Below are positions 48,769 through 58,344 of a stretch of DNA of 64,000 nt, in pieces; position 1 is the stretch's first letter; each line of letters starts with the position of its first letter. The DNA is taken from positions 288,079-352,078 of the forward strand of contig CAYOCJ010000001.1 of NCBI GenBank assembly GCA_964402565.1. Reading direction: 5' to 3'. This DNA is from an uncultured Gammaproteobacteria bacterium. GTDB lineage: Bacteria; Patescibacteriota; Patescibacteriia; UBA1558; 2-01-FULL-52-15. Below the pieces are notes generated by a model, which was not told the origin of the DNA, did not search any database, and was given only the letters and a program-made list of their open reading frames with translations. The position numbers and the translations under genes were made by a program.

Positions 48769-50148
48769 ATGATCGAGCTGTATAACAATTTGCACCGGAA
48801 AAAAGAGGAGTTTGACCCTTTGGTGAAGGGCGCTGTTGGTTTATATACCTGTGGTCCGACAGTCTACGACTATCAGCATATTGGTAATATGCGCGCCTAT
48901 ATTACCTGGGATATACTGAAGCGCTTTTTGGTCTCGCAGGGGTACAAGGTGAATCACATTATGAATATCACTGATGTCGGTCATCTGACATCGGATAGTG
49001 ATGAAGGCGATGATAAAATGGAAGTTGCGCGCGCGCGTGAACATCTGACTGCCTGGCAAATCTCAGAAAAATATTTTAACTATTTCAGGCAGGATTGCGA
49101 TCATTTGAACATCCTGCCGCCAACACACTATGTGAAAGCAACTGACTTGATCAAAGAGCAAATCGCTTTCGCGAAAGTGCTGGAAGAGAAAGGTTTCTTA
49201 TACAAAATTTCCGATGGCATGTATTTTGATACGTCGAAAGACCCGGACTATGGCGCTTTAGCGTTACTTGATCGCAAAGGCGCTGCATCAGTCGCGCGCA
49301 TTGAGACAAATCCTGAGAAAAGGAATCCGGCTGATTTTGCGGTATGGAAGTTCTCACCAGCTGATTCGAAGCGCGATATGGAATGGGAAAGTCCCTGGGG
49401 CAAGGGTTTTCCTGGTTGGCATCTTGAATGCTCGGTTATCTCTATGAAACATCTTGGTGAGACCTTCGATATTCACACGGGAGGGATTGATCATCTGACT
49501 GTCCATCATCCGAATGAAATGGCGCAGTCAAAAGCGTACTCTGGCAAACTGCAGGCGAACTATTGGCTGCACAATAATTTCATCAATGATAAGAATAAGA
49601 AAATTTCAAAGTCAGCTGGCACCTTCGTCAGGCTCGCGGATATTATCACCGGAGGAGTGAGTCCTTTGGCCTATCGGTATTTTGTCTTGCAAACGCATTA
49701 TCGCAAAGAGCTTGCCTATTCCTGGGACGCGGTCAAAGCCGCGAATCAGGGCTTGAAGAATTTGTATCAAGAGCTATCGTTCTATCAGGAGCCAAGTGTT
49801 GAGACTATCGGTGAGTTGATACAAAAATTCGATGAAGCCTTATCTGATGACTTGAATACTTCGAAAGCACTGGATGTGATGCAGCAAGTTTTGAAAGCGA
49901 AGAAACCCAGTAGCATGAAACTCACAACGCTATTCAAAATGGATGAGGTATTAGGATTTGGCATGCGAGCTGAATGGCAACGGAGGAGTAAGCTACCCGC
50001 GAAAGCGCATGAATTACTTGCTCTGCGCCTCAAAGCCCGCGAAGCAAAGGACTGGAAACAGGCTGATATACTGCGTGATAAGCTGGCTGAAATGGGTGTT
50101 ATGGTTATGGATACAAATGAGGGGCAGATGGCGACGTTGAGTAATTAA
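48769..50148 (+). CDS. cysS: Cysteine--tRNA ligase
   Basis: CGPTVYD, HIGN, PGWHLECS, HTGGID, KISKS. Confidence 0.98.
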   Translation: MIELYNNLHRKKEEFDPLVKGAVGLYTCGPTVYDYQHIGNMRAYITWDILKRFLVSQGYKVNHIMNITDVGHLTSDSDEGDDKMEVARAREHLTAWQISEKYFNYFRQDCDHLNILPPTHYVKATDLIKEQIAFAKVLEEKGFLYKISDGMYFDTSKDPDYGALALLDRKGAASVARIETNPEKRNPADFAVWKFSPADSKRDMEWESPWGKGFPGWHLECSVISMKHLGETFDIHTGGIDHLTVHHPNEMAQSKAYSGKLQANYWLHNNFINDKNKKISKSAGTFVRLADIITGGVSPLAYRYFVLQTHYRKELAYSWDAVKAANQGLKNLYQELSFYQEPSVETIGELIQKFDEALSDDLNTSKALDVMQQVLKAKKPSSMKLTTLFKMDEVLGFGMRAEWQRRSKLPAKAHELLALRLKAREAKDWKQADILRDKLAEMGVMVMDTNEGQMATLSN

Positions 50149-50158
50149 TGCTTTGCGA

Positions 50159-50827
50159 ATGGACCTCGGTTTTCTAAACGCATATTTACTTAAACTAAAT
50201 TTGATTACGTGGGCTCTCGTAGTATTTCTTTGCATCGTGCTTTTCTTATTGAGATGGAAGCTGCCAGTTATCATTGGCAGAATGGGTGAAAAATTTGTCC
50301 GAGGTAAGTTGCTTAATTTAAATCCAGAATACTATAAAGTTATTAACAATTTAACTCTTCCTTCATCGGGCAGCACAACTGTCACTCAAATTGATCACGT
50401 GGTCATATCCAATTATGGAATATTTTGTATCGAAACTAAAAATTATAAAGGCTGGATTTTTGGAAACGCATACGATAAATATTGGACACAAGTTATTTAC
50501 CATTACAAAAAGAAATTCTATAACCCAATCCATCAAAATTTTGTTCACTCAAAAGCGATAGGGGCTTATGTGCGACCTATTAGTTCAACTGTAGCGATTG
50601 ATACTTTCGTCGCTTTCCCAACAGCGGAAAAATTACGTATAACTGGCACCAGCAATGTCGGGCATATGGAAGATATCCTCCAGAAAATATTAAATTATAC
50701 AGCAGTCATTCTAAGCGACGGTGATAGAGATGAAATTTTTGAAGCTCTGCAAAATGCAAATATTCATGATAAGGTTGTTCTCAAAGATCATATTAGAGAA
50801 GTAAAAAATATTGCCATTAAAAGTTAA
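50159..50827 (+). CDS. NERD domain nuclease-related protein
   Basis: GRMGE, TQIDHVVIS, CIETKNYKGWIFG, YNPIHQN; visibly AT-rich; start 50153 or 50159. Confidence 0.88.
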   Translation: MDLGFLNAYLLKLNLITWALVVFLCIVLFLLRWKLPVIIGRMGEKFVRGKLLNLNPEYYKVINNLTLPSSGSTTVTQIDHVVISNYGIFCIETKNYKGWIFGNAYDKYWTQVIYHYKKKFYNPIHQNFVHSKAIGAYVRPISSTVAIDTFVAFPTAEKLRITGTSNVGHMEDILQKILNYTAVILSDGDRDEIFEALQNANIHDKVVLKDHIREVKNIAIKS

Positions 50828-50966
50828 GTTTTTTAGTTCGTTAGGGTTTCAGGGGCGAGCATGCAAAGCTTGTATATTTGTATTGACAATCCCGTAGCGC
50901 AATGTTATCTTCATCAGTCGCTCGAAAGAGCCCATTGTCCGTTTTAGAACGGAGGAGGATGCCATA

Positions 50967-51536
50967 GTGAAGAAGTTCACCGCCTGGCTAGAGGATGAGC
51001 CTGGGTTCTGCGGCACCATCGGTGCGATTTGCATCGCACTAGGGTGCATCTTTGTCTGGCAGAACACAATCGTCTTGATTCATGAGTACCTGAATGCGCC
51101 GACCTTGTCCGACGTGCCGACCGATTTCATGCTCAGGTACTACTACAACGAGCCGTTTCACCTCAATACTGAGGTCAGGACTTTCGTACTGACCATGGCT
51201 GCCGCGATGCCGGAGGAGATCGTGTGTCGCTTGTTGCCGATTGTAGTATTCTTTCGCAACAAGCGCCGTGATACGTGGCGGTGGGTTGCCGTTGCGTTGT
51301 GTGTCGGTCCGGCATTCGGTCTTGCTCATGGTGTCATACCAGGTCTGTACCTGCAAAACGGCATAGGCCTGTTGCTCGCCGCACTGTACTTGAAATGCGG
51401 CGGTATGAATGGGCGTCATCTGAAGGCGCTTCTGTCCTCATGGACAGCGCACTTCCTGCTGAACTTCTCGTTGATCCAGTTTTTGCCCCATCTTTGGGTC
51501 TGGCTGTATGACCTGAAGGCAGCTCCCATCAAATAG
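50967..51536 (+). CDS. CPBP (Abi/CAAX) family intramembrane protease (accessory unit)
   Basis: EEIVCR, FGLAH, HFLLN motifs; SD GGAGGAGG; promoter TTGACA-17-TATCTT (50883-50911). Confidence 0.85.
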   Translation: MKKFTAWLEDEPGFCGTIGAICIALGCIFVWQNTIVLIHEYLNAPTLSDVPTDFMLRYYYNEPFHLNTEVRTFVLTMAAAMPEEIVCRLLPIVVFFRNKRRDTWRWVAVALCVGPAFGLAHGVIPGLYLQNGIGLLLAALYLKCGGMNGRHLKALLSSWTAHFLLNFSLIQFLPHLWVWLYDLKAAPIK

Positions 51537-51594
51537 CGCAGTTTCTACCAGTGCGCTTAACACGACGTCGCGTGTGACGCGGCGAGAACAGAAG

Positions 51595-51625
51595 GCCTCG
51601 GGTGGCTAACGCCCGGGGCTTTTTC
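51595..51625 (+). terminator. Intrinsic terminator
   Basis: GGCCTCGGGT...GCCCGGGGCT-TTTT. Confidence 0.7.
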
Positions 51626-51709
51626 CTTTGCGGCTGGTCTCGGTACATCAAGAAAAAGCAAAACCCCGGATCAGTTGACCCGGGGCTGTGAGTTGCTAGG
51701 CCTTTCGGC

Positions 51710-52300
51710 CTACTCTTTGTTGTTGACGAACGCGGTGACGATCTTCAGGGCGTGATGTTCGGTTCCTTGCGCGAAATCCAGGCCTTCCATCAGTTGATCG
51801 AGTGCCGTATCGATTCTTCGGTACTCGTTCAGTTGATGATTGGCCTCGTCAGGCAAGACCATCCTGACGATGTAATTCGGCTCGCCGACAACATGTTGCC
51901 CAGCGACAGGGAATGGATCTTCATCGTCGAGGCTGATGATGTCCCGTTCCGGCCCAAACTTACGCTTGGTGTCCTCGAAAATGATGTATCGACGGATCGA
52001 ACGATCACGTGCCGGAGGCCGCTCGTTGATCAGAGATTCGACGAGATAGATCGCGCGGCCTTCGAAGTTTTCGTCATCGGAGAAGCCGGGGTTGAAGAGG
52101 CTGAATGCTTCGTCAAGCTTTACGAATCGATCCATGAGCTGGTTGAACTCATGTGACAAGAAGGCGACGATGAGTGTTTTGTCTTCCCCGGGAAGATAGC
52201 CTCCGCGTTGCAGGGAGCCCTTTTCCAGGTGCCTTTCCTTGAGGCTGATGACATCCTGACGCTTACTTCCTTCGCTGCGGACGATCACATATCGTTCCAC
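51710..52300 (-). CDS. Hypothetical protein with two internally repeated halves (accessory unit)
   Basis: GTG start after SD AAAGGAGG; ERYVIV..DVISL vs RRYIIF..DIISL repeats. Confidence 0.7.
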   Translation of the reverse strand: MERYVIVRSEGSKRQDVISLKERHLEKGSLQRGGYLPGEDKTLIVAFLSHEFNQLMDRFVKLDEAFSLFNPGFSDDENFEGRAIYLVESLINERPPARDRSIRRYIIFEDTKRKFGPERDIISLDDEDPFPVAGQHVVGEPNYIVRMVLPDEANHQLNEYRRIDTALDQLMEGLDFAQGTEHHALKIVTAFVNNKE

Positions 52301-52417
52301 GATTTCCTCCTTTTTTGGTGTACAGATCAAGTCGTGACGTTATAGTATAAAGGGTGCTTCGTCAAGCAATATACTTGACGAATCGACTGCGGTAAGTTAT
52401 ACTCCTTTTCGTGAAAT

Positions 52418-52485
52418 CCTAAGACAGCAGGTGTCACGTGGCCGCGCGAAAGCGAGGCTTTACGTGACTTAATCTCCTGCCGAGG
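52418..52485 (+). promoter_or_regulatory. Ribosomal protein L10 leader
   Basis: CCTAAGACAGCAGG...CTCCTGCCGAGG upstream of rplJ; promoter TTGACG-17-TATACT before it. Confidence 0.85.
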
Positions 52486-52559
52486 AAAGGTCGATACCTC
52501 TCTATGTCTGTGATTTCCTCACGGACTTTTTTGTTTAAAAGTCCCAACAGACTATATAT

Positions 52560-53081
52560 ATGCCAAAATCACGAGAAAAGAAGGAAGTTGAAGTGAAGAA
52601 TCTTTCTGAAAGCCTGAAGAAAAGTAAGGCGGTCGTCTTTGCGACGCAGAAAGGTGTCTCAGTGAAAGCAATCGAAGGCTTGCGCAAAGACCTGAAAGGC
52701 CATGATGCGCAGCTACAATCAGTGAAGAAGACATTGCTGAATTTGGTTGCGAAAGAACAATCCATCGATCTCTCGAGTCTTGCTATGGACGGAAGCGTTG
52801 GTCTTGCATTCTCCTATGGGGATGAAGTAAGCGCTGCGAAAACCGTCTATGACTTCACGAAGAAGAACGATGGCATGCAGATAGTCGGAGGCATGCTCGA
52901 AGGCCAGGTTATCCCCGCGGATAAAGTCATGGCCCTGGCAAAACTTCCGGGCAAACAAGAATTGCTTGGGCAATTGGTCGGCACCTTGCAGGCTCCGGTT
53001 TCTGGATTCGTCAGAGTCCTGGCTGGTAACTTGCGCGGGCTAGTCAATGCGCTCAATGCAGTGAAAGAATCTAAGTCGTAA
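52560..53081 (+). CDS. rplJ: 50S ribosomal protein L10
   Basis: [20 protein letters not shown]; L10 leader; followed by rplL. Confidence 0.96.
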   Translation: MPKSREKKEVEVKNLSESLKKSKAVVFATQKGVSVKAIEGLRKDLKGHDAQLQSVKKTLLNLVAKEQSIDLSSLAMDGSVGLAFSYGDEVSAAKTVYDFTKKNDGMQIVGGMLEGQVIPADKVMALAKLPGKQELLGQLVGTLQAPVSGFVRVLAGNLRGLVNALNAVKESKS

Positions 53082-53121
53082 TTTCGCCTATCGGGCGGAA
53101 ATAATCCATAATTTAAACACT

Positions 53122-53526
53122 ATGTCAGAAGAAAAAATGGCAGTACCGGCAAAATTCAAATCCATCGTTGATGAGGTTTCGAAGATGTCGGTATTGGATC
53201 TTTCGGAACTGGTAAAGGTTCTCGAAGATCATTTCGGAGTAACAGCTGCAGCTCCCATGATGATGGGTGCTATGCCGGCTGCTGGCGGTGCAGGCGCTCC
53301 TGCTGAGGAAGCAAAGTCAACCTTCTCAGTTGAGCTCACGGCTGGCGGTGAGACAAAGATCGCGGTTATCAAAGTAGTCCGCGAGCTCACTCAGTTGGGC
53401 TTGAAGGAAGCTAAAGACATTGTCGATGGCGCTCCAAAGATGCTGAAGGAAGGCGTTGATAAAGCCGCTGCAGAAGAAATGAAAAAGAAGATCGAGGAAG
53501 CAGGCGGAAAGGTGACCCTCAAGTAA
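53122..53526 (+). CDS. rplL: 50S ribosomal protein L7/L12
   Basis: [26 protein letters not shown]. Confidence 0.98.
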   Translation: MSEEKMAVPAKFKSIVDEVSKMSVLDLSELVKVLEDHFGVTAAAPMMMGAMPAAGGAGAPAEEAKSTFSVELTAGGETKIAVIKVVRELTQLGLKEAKDIVDGAPKMLKEGVDKAAAEEMKKKIEEAGGKVTLK

Positions 53527-53537
53527 GATCTAAAAAG

Positions 53538-53592
53538 GTCATCCTGACCGAAGGCCCCGAGCTTCTGCGAGGGGGCGAAGTCGAAGGATCTG
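53538..53592 (+). repeat. REP-like element GTCATCCTGA...GTCGAAGGATCT
   Basis: Resembles the widespread GTCATCCTGAGC..CGAAGGATCT palindrome; a related copy GCCCTGAGC..GTCGAATGGGC lies near 62216-62252. Confidence 0.6.
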
Positions 53593-53624
53593 CTTTGAAG
53601 TAATAGTAATTACTTGTACTACTG

Positions 53625-53655
53625 AAAGCGCCCGGCCGTACGGCCGGGCGCTTTT
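53625..53655 (+). terminator. Intrinsic terminator after rplL
   Basis: AAAGCGCCCGGCCGTACGGCCGGGCGCTTT. Confidence 0.85.
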
Positions 53656-53884
53656 GTATCTATACGCGGAGCTGCCTACACCTCACACCGGGTCCAATCG
53701 GAAGGGTGTTCGGTATAGTCCGCTCGCGTTTTTCCAATATTCTAAGAAAACAGTCCCGCAGCAGCGGAACACCATCCTCGCCGGAGGCGGCGTGGCGGGG
53801 TACGGGGTTGTCAGGGGTGTAGGGGCGCCTTCGCAACTTGAGCCCCTCACCCCTGACTGGCCTGCCGGGGCCAGTCCCGGCTAG

Positions 53885-56014
53885 TTACTTTTTAATAGCG
53901 AGAAGATAAATCGCTTTTCCGTTCAGCACATCGATCTGATCCTCCTGAGCAGTCACGACCAACGTCTTTAAATCGTCGAATTTCGGAGAAGTATATTGAT
54001 CTTTAATATTTCCTTGCTTGTCGAGGATGGCGACGCGTTTATTTTCAGGGTCGAGGATATAGAGCAGTTTAGATTCTTTCGTTGTATAGATAGTACTTGA
54101 TGCACCGAGCTGAGGGCTGAATTGGTGGTAATTGAATTCCTGGCGTGTGCCTTTCAGGAGCTTCACGATCTCGCCGTCTTTCGTGATCAAATAGGCATTG
54201 CCGTCGATGGCGACGTTATTTGCTTTATTGAGGAGACCCGCGTCATTGAGCCAAACGGTGCCAGCCTTGAACGTCGTGCCAGAACCTTCATGTTTGAAGA
54301 GCTCGCCTTTGGTCCGATCAAGCAGATACAAGTTGCCGGCGTAGAGGGTTACTGCATCAATTTTTTTCATATCCGCATGCTTTTGCAGAGCGACCTGTGC
54401 CAGATCGCTGCCCTTGATCCTGAAAAGATCTCCGGCGTCGGTCATGGCCAAGGTAGTATCGCCGCTTTGCGCAAGGAATGCGATCGGAGCTTGCAGCAAG
54501 GATGCTTTTGATAAAGCGCCATTGGTGAGCCGATACAGCTGTTTATCAGCTGAGAGCATGACTGAACCGTCAGGAGCCAGAGCGATAGCGGTCACATTCG
54601 TCTCGGGTATGCTTGAAATGTCAGCCAGCGAAAGAGGGGAATCTATGGTATTGATATGCCGGACCTTGTTCAGCTGGTATTCTGCATCCTTGCGATACTG
54701 CGCGATCTGCTCTTCTTGTTTTTTATTTGCAGGCTTCAGCGAATCAAGCGCCTTGATCATATCCAGATAGATCTGTTCAGCAGTAGCCTCATCTCCGTAG
54801 AGGATCGCATCATCAGCTGCAGATTTTTTTTGGGTCAATGCGAACAATGTGGTGTCATACGATGATCGTATGGAAGCGAGTTCCTTATTTTGTCCTTTGA
54901 TCAGCAGCACATGCATCAGCAGGAAACAGAGTACTGCAAGCGAGATGATCGTATAACGTTTTCGTTTTGGCGTGTCCGAGAGCTTCATTTGCCATTGCTG
55001 TATATAGTCATTGGTCGTATCGATGAGATTTTTCTCATGGGCAGAACGTTTTGAGGTAAAGAGTAGCGCCTGGAGCCCGGCCCAGATAGCCGACCACAGC
55101 CTGATCAAAATGCGGGTCATGAGCTGCAGGTAATTCCGAAGATGCTTCAAGAACCAGCGTATTGATCCTGAGATGGAGATATATGGTATGAGAGATTCGC
55201 GCGGGCGAAGCGTGCGTCTCTGCCGCGGCATTTCCTCGAAAGTGCCGGCGTTCGTATTGTCTATCAGATCATCATAGCTCGGTTGCTCATCGCGCTGTGC
55301 CGCAGTTGCAGGAACTTCCTGCATTCCTTGAGCAGCAAGCCCGTCGTATTCGGTGGTGAATTTGATGAGCGCTGCAGCAAAGGTAATAGAGGACGGCACC
55401 TGAGATACCAGCATTTCAAGTTTTTGTGCCGCAGCTTGCGGAGCATAGGTTCGGACGATGCTGTTGATCTTTTCTTGCGCGATATAGTCGCCAAGCGATG
55501 ATGTCGTCATGATGATGGCATCGCCGGGATTCAGGATACCGCTCGTGATATGCGAGAAGAGCTTCAGCGGATTCAATTGGCGATCGGATTCTGAGATCAG
55601 GGTCATGGTGCTGCCCTGGACCAGATACGCCTGTATATTTCCAATTTGCGAGAAATGCACCTGGCCTCGGTCAGATACGCCGATGAGCAGATTGAGGCTA
55701 TTCAGCCATTGAGTATTTTTTTTCGGCGCTATATGGGGCAGCAGGATATTCAAAGACTCGAGCGTGGTCTCGAGGACAAGCTCAGGTGTGAATTGCCGCG
55801 ACTCTTCGAATGCTTTGACCGTTGTATTGATGATAGCGTCAAGCAAAGCTCCATGATCGGCGGCGCTGCGGGGGAATTCGACGACAATGATCAGTTTTTG
55901 CAGATTTCGCTCTGCCTGAGGTGCGTTTCCAAGGTATATATCAGCAATGCTTCGGCTGAAAGCAGGGTCGTATACGAACAACTTATCTATGAGTATATCT
56001 CGCGGGTCCGGCAT
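53885..56014 (-). CDS. Hypothetical protein: degenerate PP2C-like N-terminus, TM helix, C-terminal beta-propeller
   Basis: VHFSQIGNIQAYL..LNPGDAIIMTT; NLYLLD, AIDGNAYL, LYILDPENKRV repeats. Confidence 0.75.
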   Translation of the reverse strand: MPDPRDILIDKLFVYDPAFSRSIADIYLGNAPQAERNLQKLIIVVEFPRSAADHGALLDAIINTTVKAFEESRQFTPELVLETTLESLNILLPHIAPKKNTQWLNSLNLLIGVSDRGQVHFSQIGNIQAYLVQGSTMTLISESDRQLNPLKLFSHITSGILNPGDAIIMTTSSLGDYIAQEKINSIVRTYAPQAAAQKLEMLVSQVPSSITFAAALIKFTTEYDGLAAQGMQEVPATAAQRDEQPSYDDLIDNTNAGTFEEMPRQRRTLRPRESLIPYISISGSIRWFLKHLRNYLQLMTRILIRLWSAIWAGLQALLFTSKRSAHEKNLIDTTNDYIQQWQMKLSDTPKRKRYTIISLAVLCFLLMHVLLIKGQNKELASIRSSYDTTLFALTQKKSAADDAILYGDEATAEQIYLDMIKALDSLKPANKKQEEQIAQYRKDAEYQLNKVRHINTIDSPLSLADISSIPETNVTAIALAPDGSVMLSADKQLYRLTNGALSKASLLQAPIAFLAQSGDTTLAMTDAGDLFRIKGSDLAQVALQKHADMKKIDAVTLYAGNLYLLDRTKGELFKHEGSGTTFKAGTVWLNDAGLLNKANNVAIDGNAYLITKDGEIVKLLKGTRQEFNYHQFSPQLGASSTIYTTKESKLLYILDPENKRVAILDKQGNIKDQYTSPKFDDLKTLVVTAQEDQIDVLNGKAIYLLAIKK

Positions 56015-56198
56015 GATTTAGTCCAAGATACTTGCGTTAAAATGGTGCGGTCATTATACTATAGGTACTTTTTTTAGTGAACCCAGCTCCGCCTTTGCTT
56101 TATAATACAGTATTTCAATAAATAATAGTTTCCTGGCCGCGCCATAGTGCCGCAGTAGAGAACTGCGGTACAAAGGTGGGCTTGGTTGCAGTTTCTCT

Positions 56199-56756
56199 AT
56201 GTTAGAACATCTTTTTGGTTCCACGTCACGCGCGAAGATAATAAAATTTTTTTGTACGCATGCGACAGCACGCGGGTATGTCCGTGAATTAGCCAGGTCT
56301 TTGGACATTGCCCTGAATGGCCTGAGCCGCGAGCTTGAGAATCTGGAACGGATCGGTCTTTTGGCTTCTTCATTCGATCAGGGAAAGAAATTTTACAGCG
56401 TAAATCCCGGATTTCCAATGCTTGCCGAGCTGAAGGCGCTGATCTTCAAATCAATTGTCTTGCTCGAGCAGGCCATAGTCCGCGATGTGAAAGAGATGCG
56501 CGGCGTGCAGGTATTTATACTGACCGGCATTTTTGTCGGAGAAGAGACCGGGACTGATATTTTACTGGTCGGTACGATAGACCGCCAGAAAGTTCAGAAA
56601 CTGATAGCTTCGCTCTCAAAGTCGTTCTATCAGGATATCCGTTTCACGTTATTTTCGCCGACCGAGTACAAGTATCGTCTCGAAGTAACGGATAAGTTCG
56701 TGTATACGATCTTGAATCATTCGCCGATAGTTATCGTCAACAAGTATACGAAATGA
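56199..56756 (+). CDS. Winged-helix protein with a nucleotidyltransferase-like C-terminal domain
   Basis: LFGSTSRAKII..YVRELAR..ELENLE; LTGIF..DILLVG. Confidence 0.8.
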   Translation: MLEHLFGSTSRAKIIKFFCTHATARGYVRELARSLDIALNGLSRELENLERIGLLASSFDQGKKFYSVNPGFPMLAELKALIFKSIVLLEQAIVRDVKEMRGVQVFILTGIFVGEETGTDILLVGTIDRQKVQKLIASLSKSFYQDIRFTLFSPTEYKYRLEVTDKFVYTILNHSPIVIVNKYTK

Positions 56757-57502
56757 GATCTGTCACGCTCCCGACTCGCCGCGGATACCGGTTAGCCCTG
56801 CGCTTGTATCCGGGCAACAGAAATTTACCGCTCGTGATCCTTTGTCATGGTCTTGGTGTTGATAGCAGGTATCCATTGATAGCTACAATTCAGAAGGAAT
56901 TAACGAAAGCGGGTTTTGGTGTTTGCGTTTTTGATCTTGCTGCGCATGGCAATAGCAGCGGAGGAGTCAAAGACAGGCTTGTCCGTAATTTTGTATCGGA
57001 TCTCGTAGACTGCATAGCATATTGCAAAAAAAATGATCTTGCCTCAAACGGGGTAGCGCTCATCGGCCATAGCATCGGGGCATTAGCAAGCATGATTGTT
57101 GCGTCTCAGCAAAGGCAGAATATTGCCTGTGTCGTATGTATCGCTGGTAATGCAGAAGCAAAGAAAAAGCAGCTTGCTTTGGAGGCCAAAGGGAAGATAC
57201 GAACATATAAAACGTATAGCATGGTTGGCCGCACAAAGGTGGCAAAAAACTTCTGGATTGACCGCTCAAGGCTCGAACCAAAGCAATTCGTTAGAAAGAT
57301 ACAAATGCCAATGTTGTATGTCGACGGAAGTAAGGATCACACGAATCCGCCGGAGGATAGCAGATTACTATTGTCATGGACAAAGTCAAAGAGAAAAAAA
57401 GTTGTCCTGATAGCAGGCGCAGATCATTATTTCAAACCGTTAGCACATCAGACAGCAGCTGCGAAAACTATCCAGCTATGGCTCAAAAAAAATATACTTT
57501 AA
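56753..57502 (+). CDS. Alpha/beta hydrolase
   Basis: LCHG, FDLAAHGNS, nucleophile GHSIG, GSKD, GADH. Confidence 0.9.
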   Translation: MRSVTLPTRRGYRLALRLYPGNRNLPLVILCHGLGVDSRYPLIATIQKELTKAGFGVCVFDLAAHGNSSGGVKDRLVRNFVSDLVDCIAYCKKNDLASNGVALIGHSIGALASMIVASQQRQNIACVVCIAGNAEAKKKQLALEAKGKIRTYKTYSMVGRTKVAKNFWIDRSRLEPKQFVRKIQMPMLYVDGSKDHTNPPEDSRLLLSWTKSKRKKVVLIAGADHYFKPLAHQTAAAKTIQLWLKKNIL

Positions 57503-57933
57503 AAAAAACAGCCTCTTTCCTTGTGGTGTGGGGCATTTCTCAGAATATGCTTCATTGTGAAGTTGTCTCAAAAGATAGGCGTTTTGATCTGAGCGGGGAC
57601 TTTTCGCCATTGGATCAAAAATTATTACTAGTATTGCAAAGCGAGAAATCGAAACTCAAGGATATTGCCGCGGTTGGAATAGTCGCAGATCATTTGGGAG
57701 GCTTTGCTTCGTCTCGGCTTTTGCTAGCAACGCTTAATACCTATGCATGGCTTCGGGACATGCCAATTTTCTCTATCCCTGAAGAATGGAAGCAAAAAGA
57801 GCCAGCTGAACTCGTCATGCTCCTTCTGAAAAAGAGCAAAGCAACAAAAAAAGCCGCACAAGTCCTGCCGCAGTATATGCGTCCTGCCGACACGACCGAA
57901 TCAAAAAAAGTAAAAAAATTTAAAGTTGTTTGA
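57478..57933 (+). CDS. Short TsaB-like protein
   Basis: LKDIAAVGIV..GGFASSRLLLATLNT and C-terminal VLPQYMRP resemble TsaB. Confidence 0.6.
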   Translation: MAQKKYTLKKTASFLVVWGISQNMLHCEVVSKDRRFDLSGDFSPLDQKLLLVLQSEKSKLKDIAAVGIVADHLGGFASSRLLLATLNTYAWLRDMPIFSIPEEWKQKEPAELVMLLLKKSKATKKAAQVLPQYMRPADTTESKKVKKFKVV

Positions 57934-57982
57934 AAGAAGCTTCGTATTCAGAGCAGAATTGTGCTATACTATAGCCTGCAGT

Positions 57983-58144
57983 ATGAAACATAAACATAAA
58001 TCAAAGTATTATTTGAAAAAGAAGAATCTGGTGGCGATCATGAGCGCTATCAAGGCTGACTCATTGACTGGCTTCATTGCAGGCTTTTTGGTTGGCGTTA
58101 TCGGAATGTATGTCTATGTGATCATCATTAGCACATTCCCGTAG
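57983..58144 (+). CDS. Small membrane protein
   Basis: 53 aa, basic N-terminus and one TM helix; TATACT upstream. Confidence 0.55.
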   Translation: MKHKHKSKYYLKKKNLVAIMSAIKADSLTGFIAGFLVGVIGMYVYVIIISTFP

Positions 58145-58251
58145 AAATTTTTTTTCTGTTTTTCCACAGGCCACACAGTGGTCTTTTTTATTTTTTAGCC
58201 ATTTTTTGCAACTTTTTGATTATTTCCTCTGTTTGTATCGTAATATAGTGG

Positions 58252-58340
58252 TTGACCAAAGCTGTTTTGTGGTGTAAAATGGAGTGGTATAGATGTGAAG
58301 TGGAACAAAGTGGGGATAACCCAATCCTTTTGTGGATAAC
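58252..58340 (+). promoter_or_regulatory. mraZ promoter region with GTGG repeats and DnaA-box matches
   Basis: TTGACC-17-TAAAAT; AAGTGG repeats 10 nt apart; TGTGGATAA at 58331-58339 and TGGGGATAA at 58311-58319. Confidence 0.65.
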
Positions 58341-58344
58341 TAAT

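Noticed and set aside
51536-51570. GTTTCTACC motif resembling a purine riboswitch core
   Set aside because: Lies 3' of a gene, lacks the P1/P2 elements, and folds simply as a GCGCA/TGCGC hairpin.
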